A DNA stretch of 32,000 nucleotides from sequence record OY978111.1, one strand, 5' to 3'. A program made the position numbers and the translations under genes. Positions 23,017 to 32,000 of the stretch are shown here, one piece after another (position 1 is the first letter of the stretch; the number at the start of each line of letters is the position of its first letter). A model generated the notes under the pieces. It had not been told where the DNA came from and did no database searches. It saw nothing but the letters and a program-made list of their open reading frames with translations.

Positions 23017-23414
23017 CAATGTGTAAAATTGTAAAGTAGGTACGTAGTGTTATAGAGTAATACGCCTATATCGTTTAAGAAAAACGACATAACACACTAG
23101 CTACATAATGCTCTGCATCTGCTACGCAATTTAAGCATGAGCACCTTCGGATCTTCCTTTACGGGAAGTTAGTCTTTTCAAAGAGAGTTTTTCTGAAAAC
23201 TTTTCTAGTATTGTACCAATTCTTTTCCGGATCCCAAAATTAAATTTAAATTTTTTTTGACATGCAACAAGCTTTTTTGATGATCAGCATCGTTGCACTA
23301 CTAGATGATGAACACTCTTCTCAGAGAATATCTCTTATGTTGCAAAGGGACGCAATAAAAGGGCGTATTCGAGTCGTTGGTTTCAACCAAATGCAATCGT
23401 TTCAACAATTGATT

Positions 23415-23456
23415 GCGGTAATTTCATTGCGAAGCAACACAAAAGACCGCCAATGG
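23415..23456 (-). repeat. Composite dispersed repeat, copy 2 (inverted relative to 15408-15448)
   Basis: The reverse complement ccattggcggtcttttgtgttgcttcgcaatgaaattaccgc shares a 28-nt core with 15408-15448. Confidence 0.8.
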
Positions 23457-23479
23457 GTTTGTCATCACCTGAAAGCATA

Positions 23480-24199
23480 CTAATGATGATCTTCGACAGA
23501 TTCCCCAATGTACGCTCCAGCAAGAGTAGCAAATACTAATGCTTGAATGGCACTCGTAAAAAGTCCAAGTAACATAATTGGAATTGGAACAACTAGAGGA
23601 ACTAGAGTAATTAATACACCTACTACAAGCTCATCCGCTAAGATGTTCCCAAAAAGTCGGAAACTTAGTGAAAGCGGTTTTGTAAAATCCTCAAGCACAT
23701 TAATAGGTAAAAGAAACGCTGCTGGTGACACATAACGTTTAAAATAACCTAATCCTTTTTTACTAATTCCCGCATAGAAGTAGGCAATTGAAGTCAGAAG
23801 TGCTAAAGCAACTGTCGTATTAATATCGTTTGTTGGCGCGGCTAATTCCCCATTCGGAATTTCAAGAAGACGCCAAGGCACAAGAGCACCAGACCAGTTT
23901 GAAACAAAAATGAAGAGGAAAATAGTTCCTAAAAAAGGTACCCATTTTAAATATTCTTCTTCCCCGATTTGAGTTTTCGCTAGATCACGAATAAATTCCG
24001 TCACATATTCAGTAATATTTTGCGGACCTTCAGGAATTGATTTTAAATTGGTATTTCCAAGTAAAGAAATTAAAGCGATTAGACCTAAAACGATCCACGA
24101 TGTAATTAATACTTGACCATGTACTTGATAGTCTCCGATTTGCCAGTACCAATGTTGACCAACAGATACTTCAGCAATATCAAACCACAGATTTGTCAT
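23480..24199 (-). CDS. atpI: ATP synthase CF0 subunit a (subunit IV)
   Basis: The 239-aa ORF contains [10 protein letters not shown]...HGQVLITSW and [16 protein letters not shown] (with the essential Arg motif), so it is canonical AtpI. Confidence 0.97.
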   Translation of the reverse strand: MTNLWFDIAEVSVGQHWYWQIGDYQVHGQVLITSWIVLGLIALISLLGNTNLKSIPEGPQNITEYVTEFIRDLAKTQIGEEEYLKWVPFLGTIFLFIFVSNWSGALVPWRLLEIPNGELAAPTNDINTTVALALLTSIAYFYAGISKKGLGYFKRYVSPAAFLLPINVLEDFTKPLSLSFRLFGNILADELVVGVLITLVPLVVPIPIMLLGLFTSAIQALVFATLAGAYIGESVEDHH

Positions 24200-24262
24200 A
24201 TAGAGTACTCCACTGTATTTACGGGCTTTCCTTCATTTTTGTTTTTGTTGAGGAGCTCGTTG

Positions 24263-24326
24263 AGAAAGAATGTAAAATTCTTATCATTAAAAATTAAAAT
24301 TAGAGGAAGAATTTTACATTCTTTCT
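24263..24326. repeat. Perfect 20-bp inverted repeat in the rps2-atpI spacer
   Basis: agaaagaatgtaaaattctt (24263-24282) and aagaattttacattctttct (24307-24326) are exact reverse complements, separated by a 24-nt AT-rich loop. Confidence 0.85.
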
Positions 24327-24719
24327 ATTAAGATGTTTTTGACGCGCATATATATGCAATTGTAGGCGAATACTCTATGAAAGTAGCATCGCTCACATCG
24401 TCATTGATTCTTTTTTCTTTTGTTGTCGTTGGCGATCTATATGACTGCAACCTGGACAGCTAAGCTGTGCTTCGCAGAAGGCGATCGCCAATGAGTGCAG
24501 TAGCTCATGTGTAAAAAATTCACATAAGACGAAAAAAGTTTTTAAAAAATTGAATTTAGCTTTTACATCGAAATTCTTTTACGTCGCATTGTAAAACTTT
24601 TATGTAACGTTAAAAATTTGACTTTCCAACAATTACACAATATTCGTGCAAAGTGAAACATCTATGTTATTTGTTACAAACAACGAAATAGAACGCATCT
24701 ATTCCAAAACAATTTTTGA

Positions 24720-25472
24720 TTAACGTCGAACCGTTGATGTGCTTCGTTTCATCATCGATTTTCGTTGTTTAGGCTGTTTTTGAGAAAATTTACTTTGCCC
24801 TTCAAGAATCGATGATTGAAATGCTCCAAGAACAAGACGTAAGGTAGAAACAGAATCATCATTAGCAGGAATAAACCAATCCGCTAACGTTGGATCGCAG
24901 TTACTATCTAATAATGTAACCGTTGGGATTCCAAGTTGTCGACATTCTCGAACAGCATGGATTTCTTCAGCTTGTCCGATAAGAATCACAACACTTGGCA
25001 GTTTTGACATGCTTTCTAAACCGCCAAGGTATTTTTCTAAACGAAGTTGTTCACGTTTTTTACGAGCTACTTCTTGTTTTTTGAGACGATCCCAATCACC
25101 ACGTGCTTCAGCATCACGATATTCTTGAAGTTTTCGAAGCGATTTTTGAATAGTTCGCCAATTTGTAAGCATTCCACCTAACCAGCGTTGGTTGACATAG
25201 TAGCTATTACACGCTAAAGCTGTTTTTGCTACTAAAGGCGCTGCTTGTTTTTTAGTGCCGACAAAAAGAAAGGTTTGGCCTTTTGAAGCACTATCTTCCA
25301 AAAAAGCTAAAACTTTTGTGAGTAAATAGTTTGACTGAACTAGATCTAAAATATGACGCCCATTTCGTTCCCCATAGATATATGGAGCCATTCGCGGATT
25401 CCATTCACGCGTAAAATGACCAAAATGCATGCCACTTTTGATCATGTCTTCGAGTTGTATTTTTGAAGTCAT
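24720..25472 (-). CDS. rps2: Ribosomal protein S2
   Basis: MTSKIQLEDMIKSGMHFGHFTREWNPRMAPYIYGERNGRHILDL... is a canonical S2 N-terminus. I place the start at the ATG at 25472. The 16 upstream codons of the track ORF use a TTG alternative start and are rejected. Confidence 0.95.
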   Translation of the reverse strand: MTSKIQLEDMIKSGMHFGHFTREWNPRMAPYIYGERNGRHILDLVQSNYLLTKVLAFLEDSASKGQTFLFVGTKKQAAPLVAKTALACNSYYVNQRWLGGMLTNWRTIQKSLRKLQEYRDAEARGDWDRLKKQEVARKKREQLRLEKYLGGLESMSKLPSVVILIGQAEEIHAVRECRQLGIPTVTLLDSNCDPTLADWFIPANDDSVSTLRLVLGAFQSSILEGQSKFSQKQPKQRKSMMKRSTSTVRR

Positions 25473-25979
25473 AAGAAAAGCACAGAACGTATGCAAAAAA
25501 ATGTATTTAGGTATTAGCAATCATTTGTAATAATACTATAGTCATTATGACGAAAAAAATGAACCTTGTCTATCACTGAGCGTAAGAAAAGAGATCTTTT
25601 TTTTGAAGCTTATAAAAAATTTTACTTTGTAACGCTACATATCAAACATACTTCTTCTCCGAAGCGGAGCTTTGCCGCCCAAAACTAAAGCAAAATTTAT
25701 ATCTTTCCCCCCGTGCTTTCCTATGCATTTGCAACCTAGAAGATAAAAAAAAAAGCAAACACTTGCAAGGTCAGCGCTAATATAGGAAAAATTTTTATCA
25801 CAGAATTAAAAAGGTCAGAGAAGCTCCGCTTCGCAAAAAAGGTCACGCACCTATACATGACTTGATCATCAAAACAACTTTTGACTCACCCTAAAATTGT
25901 AAAACAAATTTATGTAAGAGAAATTAGATACCTAAAAAATATTTTGACTTTTTTCACCTTGAAGCAAAAAAAAATCAAT

Positions 25980-26052
25980 AGCCTGCTATCGGAGTTGAAC
26001 CGATAACCTTCGGTTTACAAAACCGATACTCTGCCAATTGAGTTAAGCAGGC
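25980..26052 (-). tRNA. trnT: tRNA-Thr (anticodon UGU)
   Basis: Reverse complement: acceptor gcctgct/agcaggc, D arm actc-aattggca-gagt, anticodon arm tcggt-TTTGTAA-accga, T arm atcgg-TTCAACT-ccgat. Confidence 0.9.
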
Positions 26053-26172
26053 TTCACTATGTTTTTTTATTATACATAAAAAATATGAAATTTTCAGGGT
26101 ATTTTAAATGTATTTGAAGAGATTGATAATTTCTTCTGAAAGCTTTATACTAAGATTAGTAGTAGCCTATAA

Positions 26173-26313
<141 letters not shown>

Positions 26314-26417
26314 GACAATTGAAACAGACTGTACCGAGCTTTTTCTTGGTACAGCCTAAAATGTTTTTAATTAAAAATTAATTGTGTCCTACATCAAATT
26401 ATTTTATTATAAAAAGT

Positions 26418-26438
26418 CTGCGAAGCACTGCTTCGCAG
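26418..26438. repeat. Family A hairpin repeat (CTGCGAAGC-N3-GCTTCGCAG)
   Basis: ctgcgaagc-act-gcttcgcag has a perfect 9-bp stem. Related copies with the core CGAAGC-N3/4-GCTTCG occur at 13754-13768 and 28404-28418 (identical 15-mers cgaagcacagcttcg). Further copies are at 20099-20113, 27800-27816, 31287-31303 and 391-408, with variants at 19518-19543, 25657-25683 and about 26604-26625. Confidence 0.85.
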
Positions 26439-26638
26439 AAGGGCGCAACTGTTATTAATTAATAATTTAAGCTTTATTATTAGTAAAATAATCAAAGATT
26501 CTTTTTTAAAGTTTTTAGATTTTACAGGAAAATAAAAAAGTTTTCCACCAAGCAAGTGGTGTGCCACGTTGCACAATCGATCAAAAATACCCGTTTTGGC
26601 TCTTCTTCCTTCTTCGAAGCACAACTTCGATGCCCTTT

Positions 26639-26683
26639 GCGTCGCTTTATCATAAAATTGCAAAAAATTTTATGCACGACACA
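26639..26683 (+). repeat. Family B dispersed hairpin element (49 nt upstream of ycf3 ATG)
   Basis: gcgtcgctttatCATAAAATTgcaaaaAATTTTATGCACGACACA has a 9-bp stem and the conserved flank cacgacaca. Confidence 0.75.
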
Positions 26684-26731
26684 TTATAATAATGTACTAC
26701 GAAATAAAAAAAATTTTCATTAAAAAAAACT

Positions 26732-27235
26732 ATGCCACGTTCTCAAAGAAACGATAATTTTATCGATAAAACCTTCACGGTCATTGCAGATATTTTATTA
26801 AAAGTTCTTCCGACCTCAAATCGAGAAAAACAAGCTTTTAGTTATTATCGAGATGGAATGTCTGCGCAATCAGAAGGGGAATACGCTGAAGCTTTACAAA
26901 ACTATTATGAAGCTTTACGTTTAGAAACAGACGCTTATGATCGAAGTTATATTCTATATAATATTGGATTAATTCATACAAGTAATGGGGATCATGCTCG
27001 AGCTTTAAATTATTATTATCAGGCATTAGATAGAAATCCGTCGTTACCACAAGCATTAAATAATATTGCCGTAATTTATCATTATCGTGGTGAACAAGCA
27101 TTAGAAAACGGTCAAACAGAAATCTCAAAATTGCTTTTTGATAAAGCAGCAGATTACTGGAGAGAAGCTATTCGATTAGCGCCGACAAATTATATCGAAG
27201 CTCAAAATTGGCTCCAAATGACCGATCGAGTGTAA
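26732..27235 (+). CDS. ycf3: Photosystem I assembly protein Ycf3 (TPR), intron-less
   Basis: [65 protein letters not shown]...[27 protein letters not shown] is canonical Ycf3 over 167 aa. Confidence 0.97.
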   Translation: MPRSQRNDNFIDKTFTVIADILLKVLPTSNREKQAFSYYRDGMSAQSEGEYAEALQNYYEALRLETDAYDRSYILYNIGLIHTSNGDHARALNYYYQALDRNPSLPQALNNIAVIYHYRGEQALENGQTEISKLLFDKAADYWREAIRLAPTNYIEAQNWLQMTDRV

Positions 27236-27504
27236 TGCGTAGCATTATTGCGGTCAAAAACCACCACTGTACAAAGACTTCCTTCTGCCAAGCACACCGA
27301 AGCTGACCTTTACGTACGTTTGCTGAATAAAGTCTTCGAAAAAGAGAGTTCTCTATTTTGCTTTACTATTATAGGAGAACCGCTTTTTTTTTATTTCAAA
27401 AATAACAGGTCAAAGCATTTCATAAAGAAATGTTTTTGCTACTAGAGGGAAGTCAAGCAAAACTTAGTTTATTGATTTGATGTACAAAAAAGATTTAAAT
27501 ATCA

Positions 27505-27579
27505 GGGCTTGTAACTCAGTGGATTAAGAGTTCGTGTTTCCGACACACGAGGTCGTGGGTTCGAGTCCCACCAAGCTTA
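27505..27579 (+). tRNA. trnR: tRNA-Arg (anticodon CCG)
   Basis: D arm actc-agtggattaa-gagt, anticodon arm cgtgt-TTCCGAC-acacg, T arm gtggg-TTCGAGT-cccac. In the acceptor gggcttg/caagctt, pairs 1:72 and 2:71 are both G:U. Confidence 0.8.
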
Positions 27580-27854
27580 AAGTAGAAATTAACACGATTT
27601 TTGAAAATATTAGGCAAGGCTAAAAAATCAATAATATAGTTTATGTACACAACAGTGTGATTTTAAATTGCAAATAAAAGTGGTTTTTGTAGACATATCC
27701 CATTCGCGGTCTTTGACCGCCATCAATCGTTTAAACGATTGTATTGTTAAAATGGATTTGGTCCCTAGTATTTAACATTGCAAAGTAAAACTTATCATCT
27801 TCGAAGCGCAGCTTCGCTGCTCAATAGCTGTTAAATTAAGAAAGAAATTATGCT

Positions 27855-27900
27855 GCGTTGCTTTATCAGAAAACTGAAAAAGAATTTTATACACGACACA
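27855..27900 (+). repeat. Family B dispersed hairpin element (rps14 3' side)
   Basis: gcgttgctttatcagaaaactgaaaaagaattttatacacgacaca has the same 5' flank (gcgtYgctttatca) and 3' flank (acacgacaca) as 26639-26683, with a degenerate stem. Confidence 0.7.
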
Positions 27901-27987
27901 AAAGTTTTGTAACTATATTATGCTTTTGTTACGCGCACCAGTGCAATTAGTTATGGGGAGAGAATAATCGCCCCATAACAAAAAAAT

Positions 27988-28290
27988 TTACCAACTTGAT
28001 TTTGTTACACCTGGAAGTAACCCTTGAGAAGCGTATTCGCGTAAAACGTGACGAGAGAGGCCAAAATCTCTAAAATAGCCACGTGGGCGTCCTGTAATAC
28101 TACAACGGTTACGTAAACGAACTGGAGCACTATTTCGAGGGAGATTTTGTAATTGTCGATGTAAATTAAGTTTTTCTTCCATCGATTCAGCTGCTCGAAT
28201 TGCTTGTTTCAAAGAATCGCGTTTTGGTGCGTATTTTGTCATTAAGACAAAACGTTTGCGATCACGTTCAATCATACTTTTTTTTGCCAT
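27988..28290 (-). CDS. rps14: Ribosomal protein S14
   Basis: [29 protein letters not shown]...[48 protein letters not shown] is canonical S14 (100 aa). Confidence 0.96.
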   Translation of the reverse strand: MAKKSMIERDRKRFVLMTKYAPKRDSLKQAIRAAESMEEKLNLHRQLQNLPRNSAPVRLRNRCSITGRPRGYFRDFGLSRHVLREYASQGLLPGVTKSSW

Positions 28291-28385
28291 ATGTTGTTTT
28301 TTCCTAATGTGGGCATCGGTTTTCTACGGTTGTGACATACTGATGTATGGCGCCGAAGGTTCATAAATGACAATCCTTCTGCGTT

Positions 28386-28418
28386 GCGGTCTTTGACCGC
28401 CAACGAAGCACAGCTTCG
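28386..28418. repeat. Adjacent family C + family A hairpin repeats
   Basis: gcggtctttgaccgc (28386-28400) is followed by caa and cgaagcacagcttcg (28404-28418). Both units recur elsewhere in the window. Confidence 0.85.
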
Positions 28419-28943
28419 CTGACTCGTTTTGTAGAAACCCTTCTACGAACCATCGCTACGCTGAGCTTGGACGGTTTCCCCGCACGCGTCAGCGTAGCTG
28501 ACCTTGTCGTCCGTTGTTGAGATTTGTGACAACTATACCAACCTCTTCTCCTGTAAAAAACAAAAGAGAAGTTGAATTGTCTTTTTTTAGTTATATGATT
28601 TGCCAGACGTTTTGCTTTTTTTTGCATACGCTACATAAAGTATACTACGAAGATCGGAAAAAATCAACAAAAACAACATGAATTGCATACCGTCAGATGA
28701 GTCGAGCTAAAAACTTTTTATTGTCTTTGACTTTTTTTGGCTGACGGAAAATGACATAAACAAGTAACGACGTCTTCAGTGAATGATAAATCAATAAAGA
28801 CCGATGATTGTATACCTAGTCTGTTGGATAAAATGAAAGCACTTTACTAGAAAAGTTTCATCTTTTATTGAAAAAAATAGTGCAATGGCTCTTGCATAAG
28901 TTATGCAGATTTGATAAACTTTTTTTGTATTTAAATTATTTGT

Positions 28944-29016
28944 GGGACTGTAGTTCAATGGTTAGAGCGTCGCCCTGTCACGGCGGAAGTTGCGGGTTCG
29001 ACTCCCGTCAGTCCCG
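28944..29016 (+). tRNA. trnD: tRNA-Asp (anticodon GUC)
   Basis: Acceptor gggactg/cagtccc, anticodon loop CTGTCAC, T arm gcggg-TTCGACT-cccgt, discriminator g. Confidence 0.9.
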
Positions 29017-29506
29017 AGAAAAAATAGAAACGTAAATTTTTGATTAAAAATAATGTTTTAGTCCGTATAACCGTAGTATAGTCTAGAAGTTAAAAAAAAC
29101 TATCATCAATTGATTAAAAAAGAGCTTTTCAAGCTTAGAACTCGTTAAAGGTATTAAAAGGGAAACTCACGAATTTTGTAAGGAAACAAACGATCTTATA
29201 GGTCATGTTGTTTGCCTATTTTATTTCAGCAATTTTAACAAACCTTATTAAACTAAACGAATATTGGTTTAAGACTCAAAACAACTAGCTTGTGCTATAC
29301 TTTTTGAAGAGTCTCATCGTGGCTCTATTTTTTTAATACTTTGATAAAAGTTTAATTCGATGAAATGACTATCTTTACATTCTTTTTTTTGATTTTCAAC
29401 GATAAAAATGATAAAATTGTTCTATCGTCTTTTTCATATCTCTTGAAAAAAATTCGAATTTTTATATCACAAAAACAAACTTACGACTAAAAAAAATTCA
29501 TCATAA

Positions 29507-29590
29507 GCATCCATGGCAGAGAGGTCGATTGCATCGCACTCATAATGCGATTTCGAAAGAACATCGTTGGTTCAAACCCAACTGGATGCA
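29507..29590 (+). tRNA. trnI: tRNA-Ile(CAU)-like (lysidine tRNA candidate) with a 15-nt variable region
   Basis: The 5' end gcatccatggc and 3' end tggatgca match, from memory, the conserved plastid trnI(CAU) ends. D arm gcag-agaggtcga-ttgc, anticodon arm tcgca-CTCATAA-tgcga, T arm gttgg-TTCAAAC-ccaac. The variable region tttcgaaagaacatc contains the mini-hairpin ttc-GAAA-gaa. Total length is 84 nt. Confidence 0.75.
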
Positions 29591-29751
29591 AGTAAAAATA
29601 GATAAAACTAATAATTGGAAATTGGTATTGGTGTAAAAAATTTCTGATAATTACGTTTAGTGCTTTATTTTATGTAAAACAAAAAATCGATTAACGGGCA
29701 GTCAAACTGCATTTCTCAGAAGGCTTTCGATTTTTGACAATTTTTTTTTTG

Positions 29752-29782
29752 ATTTCGAACACGGATTGACCGTGTTCGAAAT
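29752..29782 (-). terminator. 13-bp perfect inverted repeat about 60 nt downstream of the psbA stop
   Basis: atttcgaacacgg (29752-29764), loop attga, then ccgtgttcgaaat (29770-29782). This is the position and form of the classical psbA 3' stem-loop. Confidence 0.7.
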
Positions 29783-29842
29783 GACTAACAGGAAGATGTT
29801 TGTATAGATTTCTCAATAAGATTGAGAATACTACGCATCAGA

Positions 29843-30946
<1,104 letters not shown>

Positions 30947-30978
30947 TCAAAATTGGTTTGATTCAATTTGTTAGTTTT

Positions 30979-30987
30979 AGTATAACA
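30979..30987 (-). promoter_or_regulatory. Candidate extended -10 box (TGtTATACT) upstream of psbA
   Basis: The minus strand reads ...tttttgtcTGtTATACTaaaac..., about 75 nt upstream of the psbA ATG. It resembles the bacterial-type (PEP) TGnTATAAT element. No convincing -35 box at 17-18 nt spacing was seen. Confidence 0.3.
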
Positions 30988-31024
30988 GACAAAAAAGTGT
31001 ATTTTGTTGAACTTACTAAGTTAC

Positions 31025-32000
31025 TTAATTTTTTTGTGTCGCTTCGTCACTAGAAGATCGACTGCTCGACGCATTGATTCTATTAAAGAGAAAATCAAGT
31101 CTAGGTTTTTGAGTGCCTGGCCATAAAAAACCACCGTGTTTTGGGGCCAAATAATCAAATATATTGTCGTAAATTTTTCCTGTGTCTATTTTTCGAGTTC
31201 GTGTTTCCCAATTTCCTGGCAATGTTGACAACCCTAAATTTTGAACATTTGCATCTTCATCAATTTCTGGGTTTGATTCTTGGGCGGCGAAGCTCTGCTT
31301 CGCAGAAGGAGCATATAAAATACTAAATGGTATCAAAGAGTTGGATTTTCCTTGAGCTAAAATATCTTCGCTCAATGGCCATGTTGTAAAACGAATCGTC
31401 GACCCTTTTGTAACTGGAGCTTTTCCTCGGATTTTCGATTTAAGTTCTGGTTTAAATTGAAACTTATAACCAACATTCTCTCGTGAAAGATACTTATTCG
31501 TAATGACGAATTTTCTTAAAGTCTCGTCCCAACCGGCATACAAAGGGCTAGAAAAAACCGTATCAAAAGCTACTAAAGGTTTTTTCTCAGTACGTAAAGG
31601 ATTTCGAATATCAACTTCTTTTGGTGATTCAAGTTCTTCATGATAGGCTGAAAACGCTTGAGTTTCTCTTAATGTATATAAAGGTTGATCGTATTTTAAA
31701 ACCACTTGATTTGATTTGGTACTCGAGTCGGGATCTGTCGTTAAAGAAAATAAGCGACACACTGAACGTAAGGTCCCTTTAAATTGTTGGTTATATATTT
31801 TATTACTAAAACTTTTTGTGCCATCAAAAAAATCCTCGAATTCTTCCGCATATGGTAATTTGGAGTAATCACGCAGTGAATCATAGTAGCTTTGTATCAT
31901 ACGGCGTTTTGTATATAAATCTAATTCTTCTGTACCGTGTAAACGAAAGTCTTTCGGTTGTCGCATTAAGAAGAGATCGATCTCCGCGTTTAATAAATTT
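31025..32000 (-). CDS. 3' part of a large plastid ORF, open to the window edge (possibly ycf1/Tic214-like; identity unverified)
   Basis: The listed 313-aa ORF starts at an internal Met. The same frame stays open for the 11 codons upstream (..NLLNAEIDLFL-MRQPK..) to position 32000, so the gene is 5'-truncated by the window. The composition is protein-like with no motif I recognise securely. It carries an in-frame family A repeat at 31287-31303. Confidence 0.6.
   Translation of the reverse strand, partial: NLLNAEIDLFLMRQPKDFRLHGTEELDLYTKRRMIQSYYDSLRDYSKLPYAEEFEDFFDGTKSFSNKIYNQQFKGTLRSVCRLFSLTTDPDSSTKSNQVVLKYDQPLYTLRETQAFSAYHEELESPKEVDIRNPLRTEKKPLVAFDTVFSSPLYAGWDETLRKFVITNKYLSRENVGYKFQFKPELKSKIRGKAPVTKGSTIRFTTWPLSEDILAQGKSNSLIPFSILYAPSAKQSFAAQESNPEIDEDANVQNLGLSTLPGNWETRTRKIDTGKIYDNIFDYLAPKHGGFLWPGTQKPRLDFLFNRINASSSRSSSDEATQKN

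Noticed and set aside
23262-23483. 73-aa ORF in the atpI-atpH spacer
   Set aside because: It spans the composite repeat at 23415-23456 and overlaps the atpI stop region. It has no homology signal.
26394-26663. 89-aa ORF between psbI and ycf3 (minus strand)
   Set aside because: It covers the family A (26418-26438) and family B (26639-26683) repeats. It is AT-rich and Lys/Leu/Ile-rich with no motif.
28361-28627. 88-aa ORF upstream of rps14 on the minus strand
   Set aside because: It is composed almost entirely of translated family C/A repeats and the inverted repeat gctacgctga/tcagcgtagc. It is Arg-rich and low-complexity, with no homology signal.
29017-29506. Small hydrophobic ORFs in the trnD-trnI spacer (27 aa MLFAYFISAILTNLIKLNEYWFKTQNN; 40 aa MTIFTFFFLIFNDKND...)
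   Set aside because: They match none of the small plastid membrane proteins I can recall (psbM, psbT, psbN, psaM, psaJ, petN, ycf12). AT-rich spacers generate Phe/Ile/Leu-rich peptides by chance.

Overview
This window is a chloroplast genome fragment from a green alga, not a bacterial accessory region. The gene content (tilS, cysA, accD, chlI, ftsH and a large ycf1-like ORF alongside the core photosynthesis genes) suggests a core chlorophyte or trebouxiophyte-like lineage. I can support 29 protein-coding ORFs (28 genes). These are tilS, psbZ, psbE-F-L-J, a frame-broken ftsH in two ORFs, cysA, accD, psaI, chlI, petA-L-G, overlapping psbD/psbC, the rps2-atpI-atpH-atpF-atpA cluster, psbI, ycf3, rps14, psbA, and a 5'-truncated large ORF at the right edge. 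Seven are short genes absent from the ORF track (psbF, psbL, psbJ, psaI, petL, petG, psbI). There are 15 tRNA genes. I found no rRNA, no introns, no CRISPR array, no transposase or integrase, and no prokaryotic-style defence or accessory system. The unusual features are local. (1) ftsH is split at the AAA/peptidase linker by a 3n+2 frame disruption next to a short direct repeat, and its peptidase zinc motif is lost. (2) Two tRNA genes are structurally aberrant: a trnI(CAU)-like gene with a class-II-style variable arm, and a trnL(CAA)-like gene with a non-7-nt anticodon loop. (3) Nearly every spacer is filled with several families of hairpin-forming short dispersed repeats, and two copies sit in frame inside coding regions. 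(4) A 1.44 kb unassigned spacer lies upstream of psbD. All folds, alignments and coordinates were worked out by eye, and no database search was run.
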